DNA from: Patescibacteria group bacterium UBA3466
GTDB lineage: Bacteria > Patescibacteriota > Minisyncoccia > Phycocordibacterales > UBA918
Length of the DNA: 64,000 nucleotides
Reading direction: 5' to 3'
Assembly: GCA_002378195.1 (NCBI GenBank)
Contig: DFRJ01000004.1
Span: 25,073 to 89,072, forward strand
The notes beneath the pieces are model-generated. The model searched no databases, was not told the DNA's origin, and saw nothing but the letters and a program-made list of their open reading frames with translations. Every line of letters starts with the position of its first letter. Within the stretch, counting starts at the first letter, position 1. This document shows positions 19,902 through 28,855 of this stretch, in pieces. The position numbers were made by a program, and so were the translations under genes.

Positions 19902-21215
19902 TTAATCAATGAAAAAAGCTTTTTCGATAGAGTCACGGTAGGCTTGTCGGTACTCCTCTGGATCAGAGTGAAATTCTTGCTCGATAATACCTTGAGTACT
20001 AAGACTAAACTGCTTTCGTAAACCTATATCATTCAATAGCGTATTGACTGCTCCAAACAAAGTTGTCCTATCGCCTTTGTTGTAAAATAAAACTGATTCA
20101 CCATTCTCAAAAACATCCTCTCGTTTTTGGGTCTTTGCCAATACCATCGGTATACCGCAAGCCGCACCTTTTAAGACCACTTCTTCACTTTCAGAATCTA
20201 CATCACTCACAACGAGCAAATTGGCGGACTTCAAATAAGGCACAATATCTTTATTGTTTTTAATAAAAACAACCTGATCCTCAATACCCAAAGTTTTGAC
20301 TTTCTTTTCAAAAACTCCGCGCATTTTCCCATCACTCAATACCAGTAAACCAATACGTGGATTTTGCAGCAACCCCTGTGCAGCATCCAGCAATTCATCC
20401 AGACCACTATCGCTGTCCAGTCGCCCAGCATAAACCATAAAAAAGATTAACGGTTGATAGGTGGTCTTGAGATCGATCGAATCTTCTCTCGTAATCAAGG
20501 ACTCGTAATCTTGATATTTTGGCAAAAGATCAAGGTCCTTGATCTTAAAATTATTCTGTATCCGCTCGCACAACTTAGTGGTAGAAACTCGCACACTCGA
20601 AAATTTGGGAACAGTAAAGAAAGGTAGAAAAATTCTCCACTTATTAAACTTATCCTTAAGCAAAAACTCGCTGGTGCTGTAGTCGTCTTGAATATGTAGC
20701 TGGGTCGGTCGATTGTATCGCTCGCCTAATTTATTCACCACCCACGCAGATTCAAACGGGTCTAAGGCCACCAGCAAATCAGGTCTAAATCCATTAGCAA
20801 ACTCTAATTCTTGTTCAGCCATTTCGAGTGCTGCCCGAGACGTCTGCCACCAAGCCTTAGAGGCTGATGTGTAAAGCCAGACATTGTCTGACACTCTTAA
20901 AACTGGTTTTTTAGGTTTTATACCCTGACGCAATATTAAAACATGCACCTCATCAAATAAGTCGGACACGTCGACATAACCATCGAGTGTCTGCTGGGTC
21001 GGGCTAAGCAAGTCTATATTCTGCGAAACAAACAGGACTCTAGTAACGTCTCTGGTCGAATCAGAAGAGAACACGCGCTTCTCAGACATCGCCTCTTTCA
21101 CTGTCACCGAAGGGACCTCTGGTGAAGCTTTCTTTTTGTCACGCTGAATAACGTACTCTAGTTCTGAGCCAGCATACTCGGAAGCATCCCTACTAGAAAG
21201 ATCACGCCTTACCAT
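19902..21215 (-). CDS. Glycosyltransferase family 4 (divergent)
   Basis: C-terminal ANLLVVSDVDSESEEVVLKGAACGIPMVLAKT, GT-B length (437 aa). Confidence 0.5.
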   Translation of the reverse strand: MVRRDLSSRDASEYAGSELEYVIQRDKKKASPEVPSVTVKEAMSEKRVFSSDSTRDVTRVLFVSQNIDLLSPTQQTLDGYVDVSDLFDEVHVLILRQGIKPKKPVLRVSDNVWLYTSASKAWWQTSRAALEMAEQELEFANGFRPDLLVALDPFESAWVVNKLGERYNRPTQLHIQDDYSTSEFLLKDKFNKWRIFLPFFTVPKFSSVRVSTTKLCERIQNNFKIKDLDLLPKYQDYESLITREDSIDLKTTYQPLIFFMVYAGRLDSDSGLDELLDAAQGLLQNPRIGLLVLSDGKMRGVFEKKVKTLGIEDQVVFIKNNKDIVPYLKSANLLVVSDVDSESEEVVLKGAACGIPMVLAKTQKREDVFENGESVLFYNKGDRTTLFGAVNTLLNDIGLRKQFSLSTQGIIEQEFHSDPEEYRQAYRDSIEKAFFID

Positions 21216-21242
21216 GAGGCAATTATAACAAGAAGTTTAAAC

Positions 21243-22415
21243 CTAATCAGTAATTGTAACCGTCGCCCAGCGCTTTGCGTAGGTCGAAAGCGAATCGCTG
21301 CTAGCAACTTCTTTTTTTAAATTATTTACATAAGAAGTGTAAGCTTCTTTGTCACTAGCCATTTCCACCATGGCCTTAGACAGACTTGCAACATCATCAA
21401 GCGGCACCACTTTTCCATGCAACTTATCCAACACAGCCTCGCCTACACAACCAACGTCAGTAGTAACCACCGGTAGTTCAGAGTACTTAGCCTCGATCAA
21501 CACCCTTCCCCAGCCTTCATAATTCGAAGACAAAACATAAGCATCACTCCCCTTCATAAAACCAGGCACGTCATTGATCCAGGAGATTATTCTGATCGAA
21601 GGAGCATCAAGATCTGGATCAAGATCTGCAATCATGCCTTTCATCGCATCATGCTCTTCACCCGTCCCAGCGATTAGCAGTCGAATGTGACTACAGTTTT
21701 TGCGGGCTTCATAAAAAGATTTTATTAGTAGCGGGAAATTTTTTTGCGGAACAAACCTAGCGATTGATAAAAATATAAAAGCGCCTGATTCAAACATGGT
21801 CCTCGGCTCCGTACTAGCAGGGGTATTTTCAAACTGACTGGGGTCTGTTACCACCGGCAGTTGCTTTATGCTATTTTCATCTACCCCACGCCTAACCAAA
21901 GTATTTTTTATTCGCTTTGAAACCACCCTAACGCTATCGGCTCTTTTAATTAGAAATAAACCAAGCTTAAACCTTACTTGGTTTAAGGCACTCTCATTTC
22001 GCCAATAATTAGTACTAAAAACATCACCATGTTCTTGTATATTTAATTTTGCTCGGTTAAAACGCGTAGAGAGCCATGCCACCAAACCAGTCTCAAATGG
22101 ATCTTGCGCAGTTACTGTCACCCCCTCTCCATCGCCCGCCACCAACTTTCTGGTGATCAAAATAGCTTTAAGTAACTTTAATATTGATAATCTGGCAGCA
22201 ATTGGATACAAGGACAAGCCTGATTCTTGATCGTGGACCACGGTCAAATTATTATTCTTAACGAACACCACCATCTGGTAAACACCCACCTCTCTAGCAC
22301 AAGCTTCCATTCTCAACCGTTCGGCATTCCCTTCAACAAACAAATGCTCCCCGTACCCGACTGATATTACAACCTTATTCATGTAACTCATATACCGCTG
22401 CTTTAAATTGCTCAA
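21243..22415 (-). CDS. Glycosyltransferase family 4
   Basis: SDAYVLSSNYEGWGRVLIEAKYSELPVVTTDVGCVGEAV. Confidence 0.75.
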   Translation of the reverse strand: MSNLKQRYMSYMNKVVISVGYGEHLFVEGNAERLRMEACAREVGVYQMVVFVKNNNLTVVHDQESGLSLYPIAARLSILKLLKAILITRKLVAGDGEGVTVTAQDPFETGLVAWLSTRFNRAKLNIQEHGDVFSTNYWRNESALNQVRFKLGLFLIKRADSVRVVSKRIKNTLVRRGVDENSIKQLPVVTDPSQFENTPASTEPRTMFESGAFIFLSIARFVPQKNFPLLIKSFYEARKNCSHIRLLIAGTGEEHDAMKGMIADLDPDLDAPSIRIISWINDVPGFMKGSDAYVLSSNYEGWGRVLIEAKYSELPVVTTDVGCVGEAVLDKLHGKVVPLDDVASLSKAMVEMASDKEAYTSYVNNLKKEVASSDSLSTYAKRWATVTITD

Positions 22416-23592
22416 TAGAATCTATTTTATTAAATTGCGAAACAGTTTTTTTTGCTTGTTCTGCGAGAGCAGTGGCTTGATGCTTATCTGACAACAGACT
22501 TATAACTGAGGTGGCTATTTGATCAGTGTGATTAAAATCAACGATTAGACCGTTCTTTTTATCTTTCACCAATTCTGCATTACCTCCAGCAGACGTCGTA
22601 ACAATAGGAGTCCCAATAGCCATCACCTCTAACAATTGATGGGAGAGGCCTTCGTATGCGGTATTAAGAACGAAAACATCTGAATTTTTAACAACTGAAA
22701 ATAAATCCGACTTACATAGATCGCCTGTCATTATAACGTTACTAGACAATCCTTCTCTTTGAATTAATTCAACCAAAGAAGTTTCACCTGGCCCCGATCC
22801 AACAATATACAAGACCACGGATGGATATGAATCCTTAATTTTTTTGACAGCACTGATAACGGCCTCGAAACCCTTCCAGGGCACCAATCTGCCGACAGAA
22901 ACAATGCTTGGTGAAGCGCTAACATTGTACGAGCCACCATGCTCCGGGAGTGGATCTAATGAACTGTATATCACTTTAATTTTATCGCTACCGACTCCCC
23001 ATTTGCTCACAATACTTTTTAAATACTCACTAGGCACTACAATTAAAGCTGATCGACTTGCCACAAATGATTCTACTCTCTTCAGCAACTTGGTTTTAAA
23101 ACTTAAATCTGAATTATCTTCAAGCCAAAATTCATCTAGCGTTTTAATATGCCCCTCCTTAACCCGAGCTTGTTCCCACGCATAATCACCCCCTAAACGT
23201 AACAACATCTTCTTTCTGACAAAAAATGAAACTGTCGCTGCTGGTAAACCGACACTGACCGGGTCTAATGCATATATAAAGTCAGCACCTTTTGAAGCCA
23301 AAAATAATTTCCAGATGTACAAAATATGCCTAATCAATTTTGGATACCTTTTTACGTCTGAGAATTTCACTATAGACAAGTCGAATTCAACACCAGGCAA
23401 ATCTCTCTCCAGCATTGAAACGTAGGTAGCCGGGCCGCCAATCTCCGGCGGGTACAAGCCGGTGGCGATGGTAATCCGGATTGGTTTAGCTGGATTCGCC
23501 TTTAGTTCTAACGATTTCTGATTTTTAATAATTTCTGACGCCATAATATACCTAATCAAATAATGGACTGAATATCTTCCCTTCCATGTCAC
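22375..23592 (-). CDS. Glycosyltransferase family 4
   Basis: SDVFVLNTAYEGLSHQLLEVMAIGTPIVTTSAGGNAELV. Overlaps its neighbours by 41 nt, which suggests translational coupling. Confidence 0.75.
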   Translation of the reverse strand: MTWKGRYSVHYLIRYIMASEIIKNQKSLELKANPAKPIRITIATGLYPPEIGGPATYVSMLERDLPGVEFDLSIVKFSDVKRYPKLIRHILYIWKLFLASKGADFIYALDPVSVGLPAATVSFFVRKKMLLRLGGDYAWEQARVKEGHIKTLDEFWLEDNSDLSFKTKLLKRVESFVASRSALIVVPSEYLKSIVSKWGVGSDKIKVIYSSLDPLPEHGGSYNVSASPSIVSVGRLVPWKGFEAVISAVKKIKDSYPSVVLYIVGSGPGETSLVELIQREGLSSNVIMTGDLCKSDLFSVVKNSDVFVLNTAYEGLSHQLLEVMAIGTPIVTTSAGGNAELVKDKKNGLIVDFNHTDQIATSVISLLSDKHQATALAEQAKKTVSQFNKIDSIEQFKAAVYELHE

Positions 23593-24763
23593 CAGCGATA
23601 ATATCCCAGTCGTATTTTTTCATCACCATAGTTTTTGCGTAAATGGTCACCTTATCTACTTTTTCTGGATTAGACAAAATCTTCATTACAGCCTTGCTGA
23701 TTTCTTTAGGATTGTCTTTTGGTACCGCCCAACCTGTTGTATCTTGGTCAGGATTAACTTCTTCATCAAACAGAAAATCTGCAATTCCACCCTCTTGAGT
23801 AGCAATCACTGGCAACCCGGCTGCCATGGCTTCCACAAAAGAATTACCCATCCCCTCGCTACGTGACGGGCGAATAAAAATATTGCACGCCTTTAGATAC
23901 AAAGGCATTACTGAGTGTTCAATCTGGCCAAAAAATAACACCCTGTCTGACACGTTGAGTTTGGCAGCCAAAGCTTTCAACATGTCGTTATCTGGCCCAG
24001 TGCCAAATACCACAAACTTCACATTCTCGGGAAGATGTACTAGCGAAGAAATAACATCGTCTATGGCATTTTTAGTTACCAGTCGAGAGGTAGTAACCAG
24101 AAGGACATCGTCTTTAGAAAATCCCAACTCTGTCCGAACAGAGGAAATTTCTTCTGGGGTGTAGCATTGGGTAAAGTGCTTGGTATTTACTGCATTTGGT
24201 ATCAAAACAGGCTCTCTGTTATAGCCTTTCTGCTTAGCCCAATTACCTAGGAAGCTAGAAATAACTTGGATCGTATCCGGTGTAGTAAACGCTCGATCAA
24301 AAGCTTTGCCAAACAGGCGCATTTTCTTTTCTATATACTCTGGCGGGTCTCCCTCTTGCAGAGTGAGAATATATTTCGCATCTGGAAACGCTCGTTTAAA
24401 TTTTTGAGCTGGTACTCCAGTTGCATGCGCCATCATAGCCCACACACCATCAAACTTCTCAGTTTTGTGTAATTGCTTGGCTTTATAAAAAGCCAAAAAT
24501 TGAAATATTATTTTATTTAAGTGGAGCGGCCACTTACGCAGATCGGCCATCGTTGGATTCTTAGTCGTAATCCCTATTCTGTGCACTGTTACATTTCCGA
24601 TTTGTTCAGTTTTAGGAAGAGTCGAATCAAAACGATTGCAAACTAAATGAAACTCAAATTTTTCCGAGCTAATACGATTGGTGATTTCCTGCAAAGCCAC
24701 CTCGGCTCCCCCCACATGCTTTGGAAAATAAGCTAAAGAAAAAATTAGAATCTTCTTTTTCAT
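23552..24763 (-). CDS. Glycosyltransferase family 4
   Basis: CNIFIRPSRSEGMGNSFVEAMAAGLPVIATQEGGIADFL. Confidence 0.75.
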   Translation of the reverse strand: MKKKILIFSLAYFPKHVGGAEVALQEITNRISSEKFEFHLVCNRFDSTLPKTEQIGNVTVHRIGITTKNPTMADLRKWPLHLNKIIFQFLAFYKAKQLHKTEKFDGVWAMMAHATGVPAQKFKRAFPDAKYILTLQEGDPPEYIEKKMRLFGKAFDRAFTTPDTIQVISSFLGNWAKQKGYNREPVLIPNAVNTKHFTQCYTPEEISSVRTELGFSKDDVLLVTTSRLVTKNAIDDVISSLVHLPENVKFVVFGTGPDNDMLKALAAKLNVSDRVLFFGQIEHSVMPLYLKACNIFIRPSRSEGMGNSFVEAMAAGLPVIATQEGGIADFLFDEEVNPDQDTTGWAVPKDNPKEISKAVMKILSNPEKVDKVTIYAKTMVMKKYDWDIIAGDMEGKIFSPLFD

Positions 24764-25617
24764 GATTTAATATTTTGAATGTAATCACGCAATGATTTTT
24801 TTGGCGACCAACCAAGCTCAAGCGTGGCTCTTTTTATATCAACCTCGGACGACATTCTATTACCCGGTCTCTCCTCCAGCATTTCGATTTCTCCACCAAA
24901 CAGTTCAGCCACTTCAAGAATAGAAAAAGATTCTGGATTACCCAACCCATACTCATCTCCTTCACCACGCTCACCAACCAATACTAATCCATCGACGATA
25001 TCGTCAACGTGGGTAAAATTTCTCTTTTGAGTCCCCGGCAATCGTACTGAGAGTTTTTCTCCCTGCTGATACTTTCTTTTGAAGATCCCAATCAGCGTAC
25101 CAGTTTCGATATCCCCTCGCTCTCGTTCTCCGTAAACATTATAAAAATAAGTAATGGCATAACTTATGCCATACCAGTCTGCATACCTCTGAACCAAATT
25201 AGTATTCGACGCCTTAGTCCAAGCGTACGGACTTTGATCCTTTCCAATCCCACCATCGGCAAACTTAGTCGATGAACCAGCGTATAACAATTTTGCTCCG
25301 CAGTCTCTAACAAATTCAAGTACTGCAATAGTACCGATCACATTTGAGTCAAGTACCATTTTTATATCATCAAACGATTGTTCCACTCGGGCATACTCCC
25401 CCAAATGAAAGATGATATCTGGTGATTCGGAAATATGTTTGGCGATGTCTTTGGTGTGACCCTCCCGATAATCCACGCCGTCTACATGATTGTCTTTGCT
25501 ACCGGTAAAATAGTTATCCAAAGAAATAACCCTGTAACCATCTTTAACCAATCTTTCACATAAATGCGAACCAATAAATCCAGCTCCTCCTGTTACCACC
25601 GCTAGTTTTTCTGACAT
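24760..25617 (-). CDS. NAD-dependent nucleotide-sugar epimerase/dehydratase (extended SDR)
   Basis: VVTGGAGFIGSHLCERL Rossmann motif and YAWTK (YxxxK catalytic dyad). Confidence 0.8.
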   Translation of the reverse strand: MSEKLAVVTGGAGFIGSHLCERLVKDGYRVISLDNYFTGSKDNHVDGVDYREGHTKDIAKHISESPDIIFHLGEYARVEQSFDDIKMVLDSNVIGTIAVLEFVRDCGAKLLYAGSSTKFADGGIGKDQSPYAWTKASNTNLVQRYADWYGISYAITYFYNVYGERERGDIETGTLIGIFKRKYQQGEKLSVRLPGTQKRNFTHVDDIVDGLVLVGERGEGDEYGLGNPESFSILEVAELFGGEIEMLEERPGNRMSSEVDIKRATLELGWSPKKSLRDYIQNIKS

Positions 25618-25639
25618 AGTATCTAGATATTACCAAAGA

Positions 25640-27013
25640 TTAAGTGATTTCGTTACTTTTCGGCCTAGCGTAGACACTAAGCGTACCTAGCAACAAGACT
25701 ACAACCAAACCAATATACGACCAATTAAAATCTGTTTCGGCCTGCACCGAAGCAGCCAGCTGTTGCTTACTTTGCACTTTAGTCGTTTTACTATCGTCCT
25801 CACTGACAGCCACCTCATCCTTGGTTGACTGATCTTCGATAACCGACGCAAATGGTTCGCTAGTAGAGATAGCGCTAATCGCTGGCTCTGGTGCGACATA
25901 AGCCACTTCTGGCGGCTTTATTGATTCTGCTTTATGCAAGCTATCTGGGATAATCGAGTCTAATAAAACTCCCTCTCCATCATAAATAGCTACCATGCTC
26001 TTGTCGTTTGCCACCAATCTTTCTTTCTTAAGCATCATGGTTTGTCTGGGTAATAAAATAGTCCGCGGTGGCATATCAAAATACTTATCACCCCGCACGC
26101 GATAGTTAGACAGGTCGATTTCGTACTCTGAGTCATTATTTACCAGTATGTCCCCACGGCGATTTGTACCGAGAGATACATCCACTGGCAAAATAGTAAT
26201 TTCGTGACGCTGGACTGCGTGTTGGCGCTTATACTCAGCATGCACGGTTACTACATATTTACCCGGGTAGGTAAAAATATGTTCCTGTTCTTTACCGGCT
26301 GCACTATAGCTATCACCAAAATTCCAATCATAATGCAAAGAATCAATCAGCACATCACCAATACCTGACGGCTCAACATAAAAATCAATCGGCTGATTTA
26401 CATAGCCGGTCTTCTGCGCGTACACCTCAAGCTCTAGCGTTACTCCAGGCAACACCAGCTCTACCCCAGTTTCTTGATCAGACTCACTATCATCGTCGTC
26501 AGGCAGATCATTATCATCATCTTCTGCAGACAAATCTTGGGCAGTAACCTCCGGCGCCGACCCAGGGGTCGGCGCCTCAGTTACCCAACCCTTACTAGTG
26601 TACTGAGCTGTCTCCTTAGTAACATTATCACCGCCAATTTTTTCCCAACCTTCTCCTCCACTCACCTGATCTACCAATGATCCATCAGCTCGCTCTAGGC
26701 GCAAAGTCGCACCCGTATTTACCAGCGCTCCGGTATACAGCATAAAAGCAGTTCCCTTAGCTGAATCTTCACTGGTTCTTTCTAAGACAGCATAGGAATT
26801 TGCCGGCAAGGTTCCCTCTAAAACAATATTTAAATTCATCCCGTCACTAATCACCCAATCCGTCACATCAATCGCAGCCCCATCATTTCTAAGTTCAATC
26901 CATTCATGCCCAGCTGAAACTGATGACCCCATCCAAGCCACTTCGCTGATATAAACACTAGCGTTGGTTATACAAGGTAAAAACAGCAACAACCAAACGC
27001 CTATCCTATACAT
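25640..27013 (-). CDS. Membrane-anchored extracellular protein with LTD - acidic linker - PKD - LTD architecture
   Basis: Signal peptide. N-terminal lamin-tail-domain motif ISEVAWMGS..EWIELRN..DVTDWVISDG. D/E-rich linker. PKD-like segment YDWNFGDSY..IFTYPGKYVVTVHAEY. Second LTD-like segment IDLSNYRV..TILLPRQTMML. C-terminal TM IGLVVVLLLGTLSVY. Confidence 0.55.
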   Translation of the reverse strand: MYRIGVWLLLFLPCITNASVYISEVAWMGSSVSAGHEWIELRNDGAAIDVTDWVISDGMNLNIVLEGTLPANSYAVLERTSEDSAKGTAFMLYTGALVNTGATLRLERADGSLVDQVSGGEGWEKIGGDNVTKETAQYTSKGWVTEAPTPGSAPEVTAQDLSAEDDDNDLPDDDDSESDQETGVELVLPGVTLELEVYAQKTGYVNQPIDFYVEPSGIGDVLIDSLHYDWNFGDSYSAAGKEQEHIFTYPGKYVVTVHAEYKRQHAVQRHEITILPVDVSLGTNRRGDILVNNDSEYEIDLSNYRVRGDKYFDMPPRTILLPRQTMMLKKERLVANDKSMVAIYDGEGVLLDSIIPDSLHKAESIKPPEVAYVAPEPAISAISTSEPFASVIEDQSTKDEVAVSEDDSKTTKVQSKQQLAASVQAETDFNWSYIGLVVVLLLGTLSVYARPKSNEIT

Positions 27014-27016
27014 GTC

Positions 27017-28840
27017 CTACTGTTTAAAAGGTGAAGACTCACCATCACTCTGCCGCAGCAACTTCTTTACCACCGCCACATCAGCGCCAGTGCTACCTGC
27101 GTTGGCCACTGGTCGTTTTTGTACAACCACCGTTTTCTTTTTTTCTTCGACAGATTGAGGCTTCTGGGGTGTTTCCACTGGCTTTGTAGACTGGTGATCC
27201 TTCAGCGCCTGAGCCAAAGCGTCTTTCAGATTATTGCCCTCCGCTGGTTTGGCTGGCCGTGGATTATTAGACTGGAGCTTAGACGCTTCTTTTTGTGGTT
27301 TTCTGTTACCTGATTGTCCTGGCTGATTTCTTTGGTCAGTTTTGACTGACTCCTTTTCTTTATTAGCCAATTGCGACAATATATTCTTTAAATCATCTGG
27401 ACTTTTATCCTGTTTGGGCTGCTTATTTCTTTCTTGTCCTCCAGAGTGATTTCGGCCATTACCGTTAGGTCGGTTTTGACCATGTGCCTTATGTTCATTG
27501 CCACCCTTTTTACCATTATTTTTTTTTGGCTTCTCCGGCGTTGGCGTTGGGTTGTGTAGCTCAGCCACCAGTTTTTCCACCTCGCCTCTCTCGTTTGCGT
27601 AACTCTTTCTACTCGCTTCAATCACCATATCCCGATAAGACGCCGGTGGCGGTTCAATTGGCGGCAAAGTTTGCGCCGAAAATGGCTGCGACCCAATTCC
27701 GTCAATCATCAAAGTGAGATAGATTTGTGCAAATCCTAAATTAACCAAATCATTGGCTTCAAAACGCGGTGAGAAGATGGTCTCTAAAACTTCAGCATCA
27801 AACGGTCCAACACGAAAAGCGACGGTGGTTCCGACGTTACCAAACACAGCATTACGAACATCCTCTTCCATTTGTTCAATGTACTGGTGGGCAATGATCA
27901 GATTCAAGTGATACTTACGAGCTTCAGATAAAATATTGGCAAAAGTCGCATTCGCAAACGACTGGAATTCATCCACGTAAAAATAAAAATTTGGCTGTTG
28001 TTTCATTTCTGCCACTGGGAGATCGGCTCGACTCATGGCCGCCAGATAAATCCGAGTGGTCAACATTGAACCAAGTAAGTTAGCGTTGGTTTCTCCAATC
28101 AAACCTTTAGACAAGTTCATAATGAGAATCTTTTTTTCATCCATCAACTGCCTAATATCGAAACTAGACTTTGGCTGACCAACAATATTCCTGATCAAAG
28201 GATTACCAGTAAATTGTCCAATCTTATTCTGGATAGCCGGCAAGGCTTCAGCCGCAAATCGCTCGGTGTAGTTAGCAAACTCCTCGGTCCAAAAAGCTTT
28301 AACGGCTGGATCCTTACAATAATCAACCACCTGTTTCCGATAGGGTTTATCTATAAACAAGCGATTAACCGACAACAGCGTAGTATCTGGATATTCAATC
28401 AACACCAAAAGTGCGTTAGTAAGAATATATTCCATTCGAGCACTCCACTGATCTACCCAAATCTTTTTAAAGGTCGACATCAGGCCAGACACCACCAAGT
28501 GGCGTTTGTCCGGACCCACGTCTTCCATCACGTTGAAAGAGATTGGGCTATCAATATCAAACGGAGCGAAGTAAACAACATCTTTAATCCGGTGCTCTGG
28601 CACATATTCGAGCAGAGTTTCAGCGGCTGATCCGTGCGGATCGATAAAAGCCATACCTTCTCCATTTTTAATATCCTGAGCCGCCATATTCTCCAACAAG
28701 GTCGACTTGCCCATACCAGTCTTACCGACTACATACATATGTCGCTGTCGGTCTTTAGCTTTGATTCCAAACGGAGTATTCTGACCGCGTGCATCAGTTT
28801 TAGCAAAGAAAGTGATTTTCTCAGGATCAAAAGTAGTCAT
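27017..28840 (-). CDS. VirD4/TraG/TrwB-like coupling-protein ATPase (T4SS DNA-binding family) with about 190-aa disordered K/N/Q/P/E-rich C-terminal tail
   Basis: Walker A YVVGKTGMGKSTLLENM, Walker B FYFYVDEFQSF, and RKYHLNLIIAHQYIEQMEEDVRNAVFGNVGTTVAFRV matching the TraG/VirD4 RxYGxxxxxxxQSxxQL...N..T..F block. There are no N-terminal TM helices. A 4-nt gap to the downstream LTD gene suggests translational coupling. Confidence 0.6.
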   Translation of the reverse strand: MTTFDPEKITFFAKTDARGQNTPFGIKAKDRQRHMYVVGKTGMGKSTLLENMAAQDIKNGEGMAFIDPHGSAAETLLEYVPEHRIKDVVYFAPFDIDSPISFNVMEDVGPDKRHLVVSGLMSTFKKIWVDQWSARMEYILTNALLVLIEYPDTTLLSVNRLFIDKPYRKQVVDYCKDPAVKAFWTEEFANYTERFAAEALPAIQNKIGQFTGNPLIRNIVGQPKSSFDIRQLMDEKKILIMNLSKGLIGETNANLLGSMLTTRIYLAAMSRADLPVAEMKQQPNFYFYVDEFQSFANATFANILSEARKYHLNLIIAHQYIEQMEEDVRNAVFGNVGTTVAFRVGPFDAEVLETIFSPRFEANDLVNLGFAQIYLTLMIDGIGSQPFSAQTLPPIEPPPASYRDMVIEASRKSYANERGEVEKLVAELHNPTPTPEKPKKNNGKKGGNEHKAHGQNRPNGNGRNHSGGQERNKQPKQDKSPDDLKNILSQLANKEKESVKTDQRNQPGQSGNRKPQKEASKLQSNNPRPAKPAEGNNLKDALAQALKDHQSTKPVETPQKPQSVEEKKKTVVVQKRPVANAGSTGADVAVVKKLLRQSDGESSPFKQ

Positions 28841-28855
28841 AATAAAAGTATAGCA

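Noticed and set aside
26040-26060. RGD tripeptide in the LTD-PKD-LTD protein as an integrin-binding motif
   Set aside because: A tripeptide is too short to be meaningful; it is probably coincidental.
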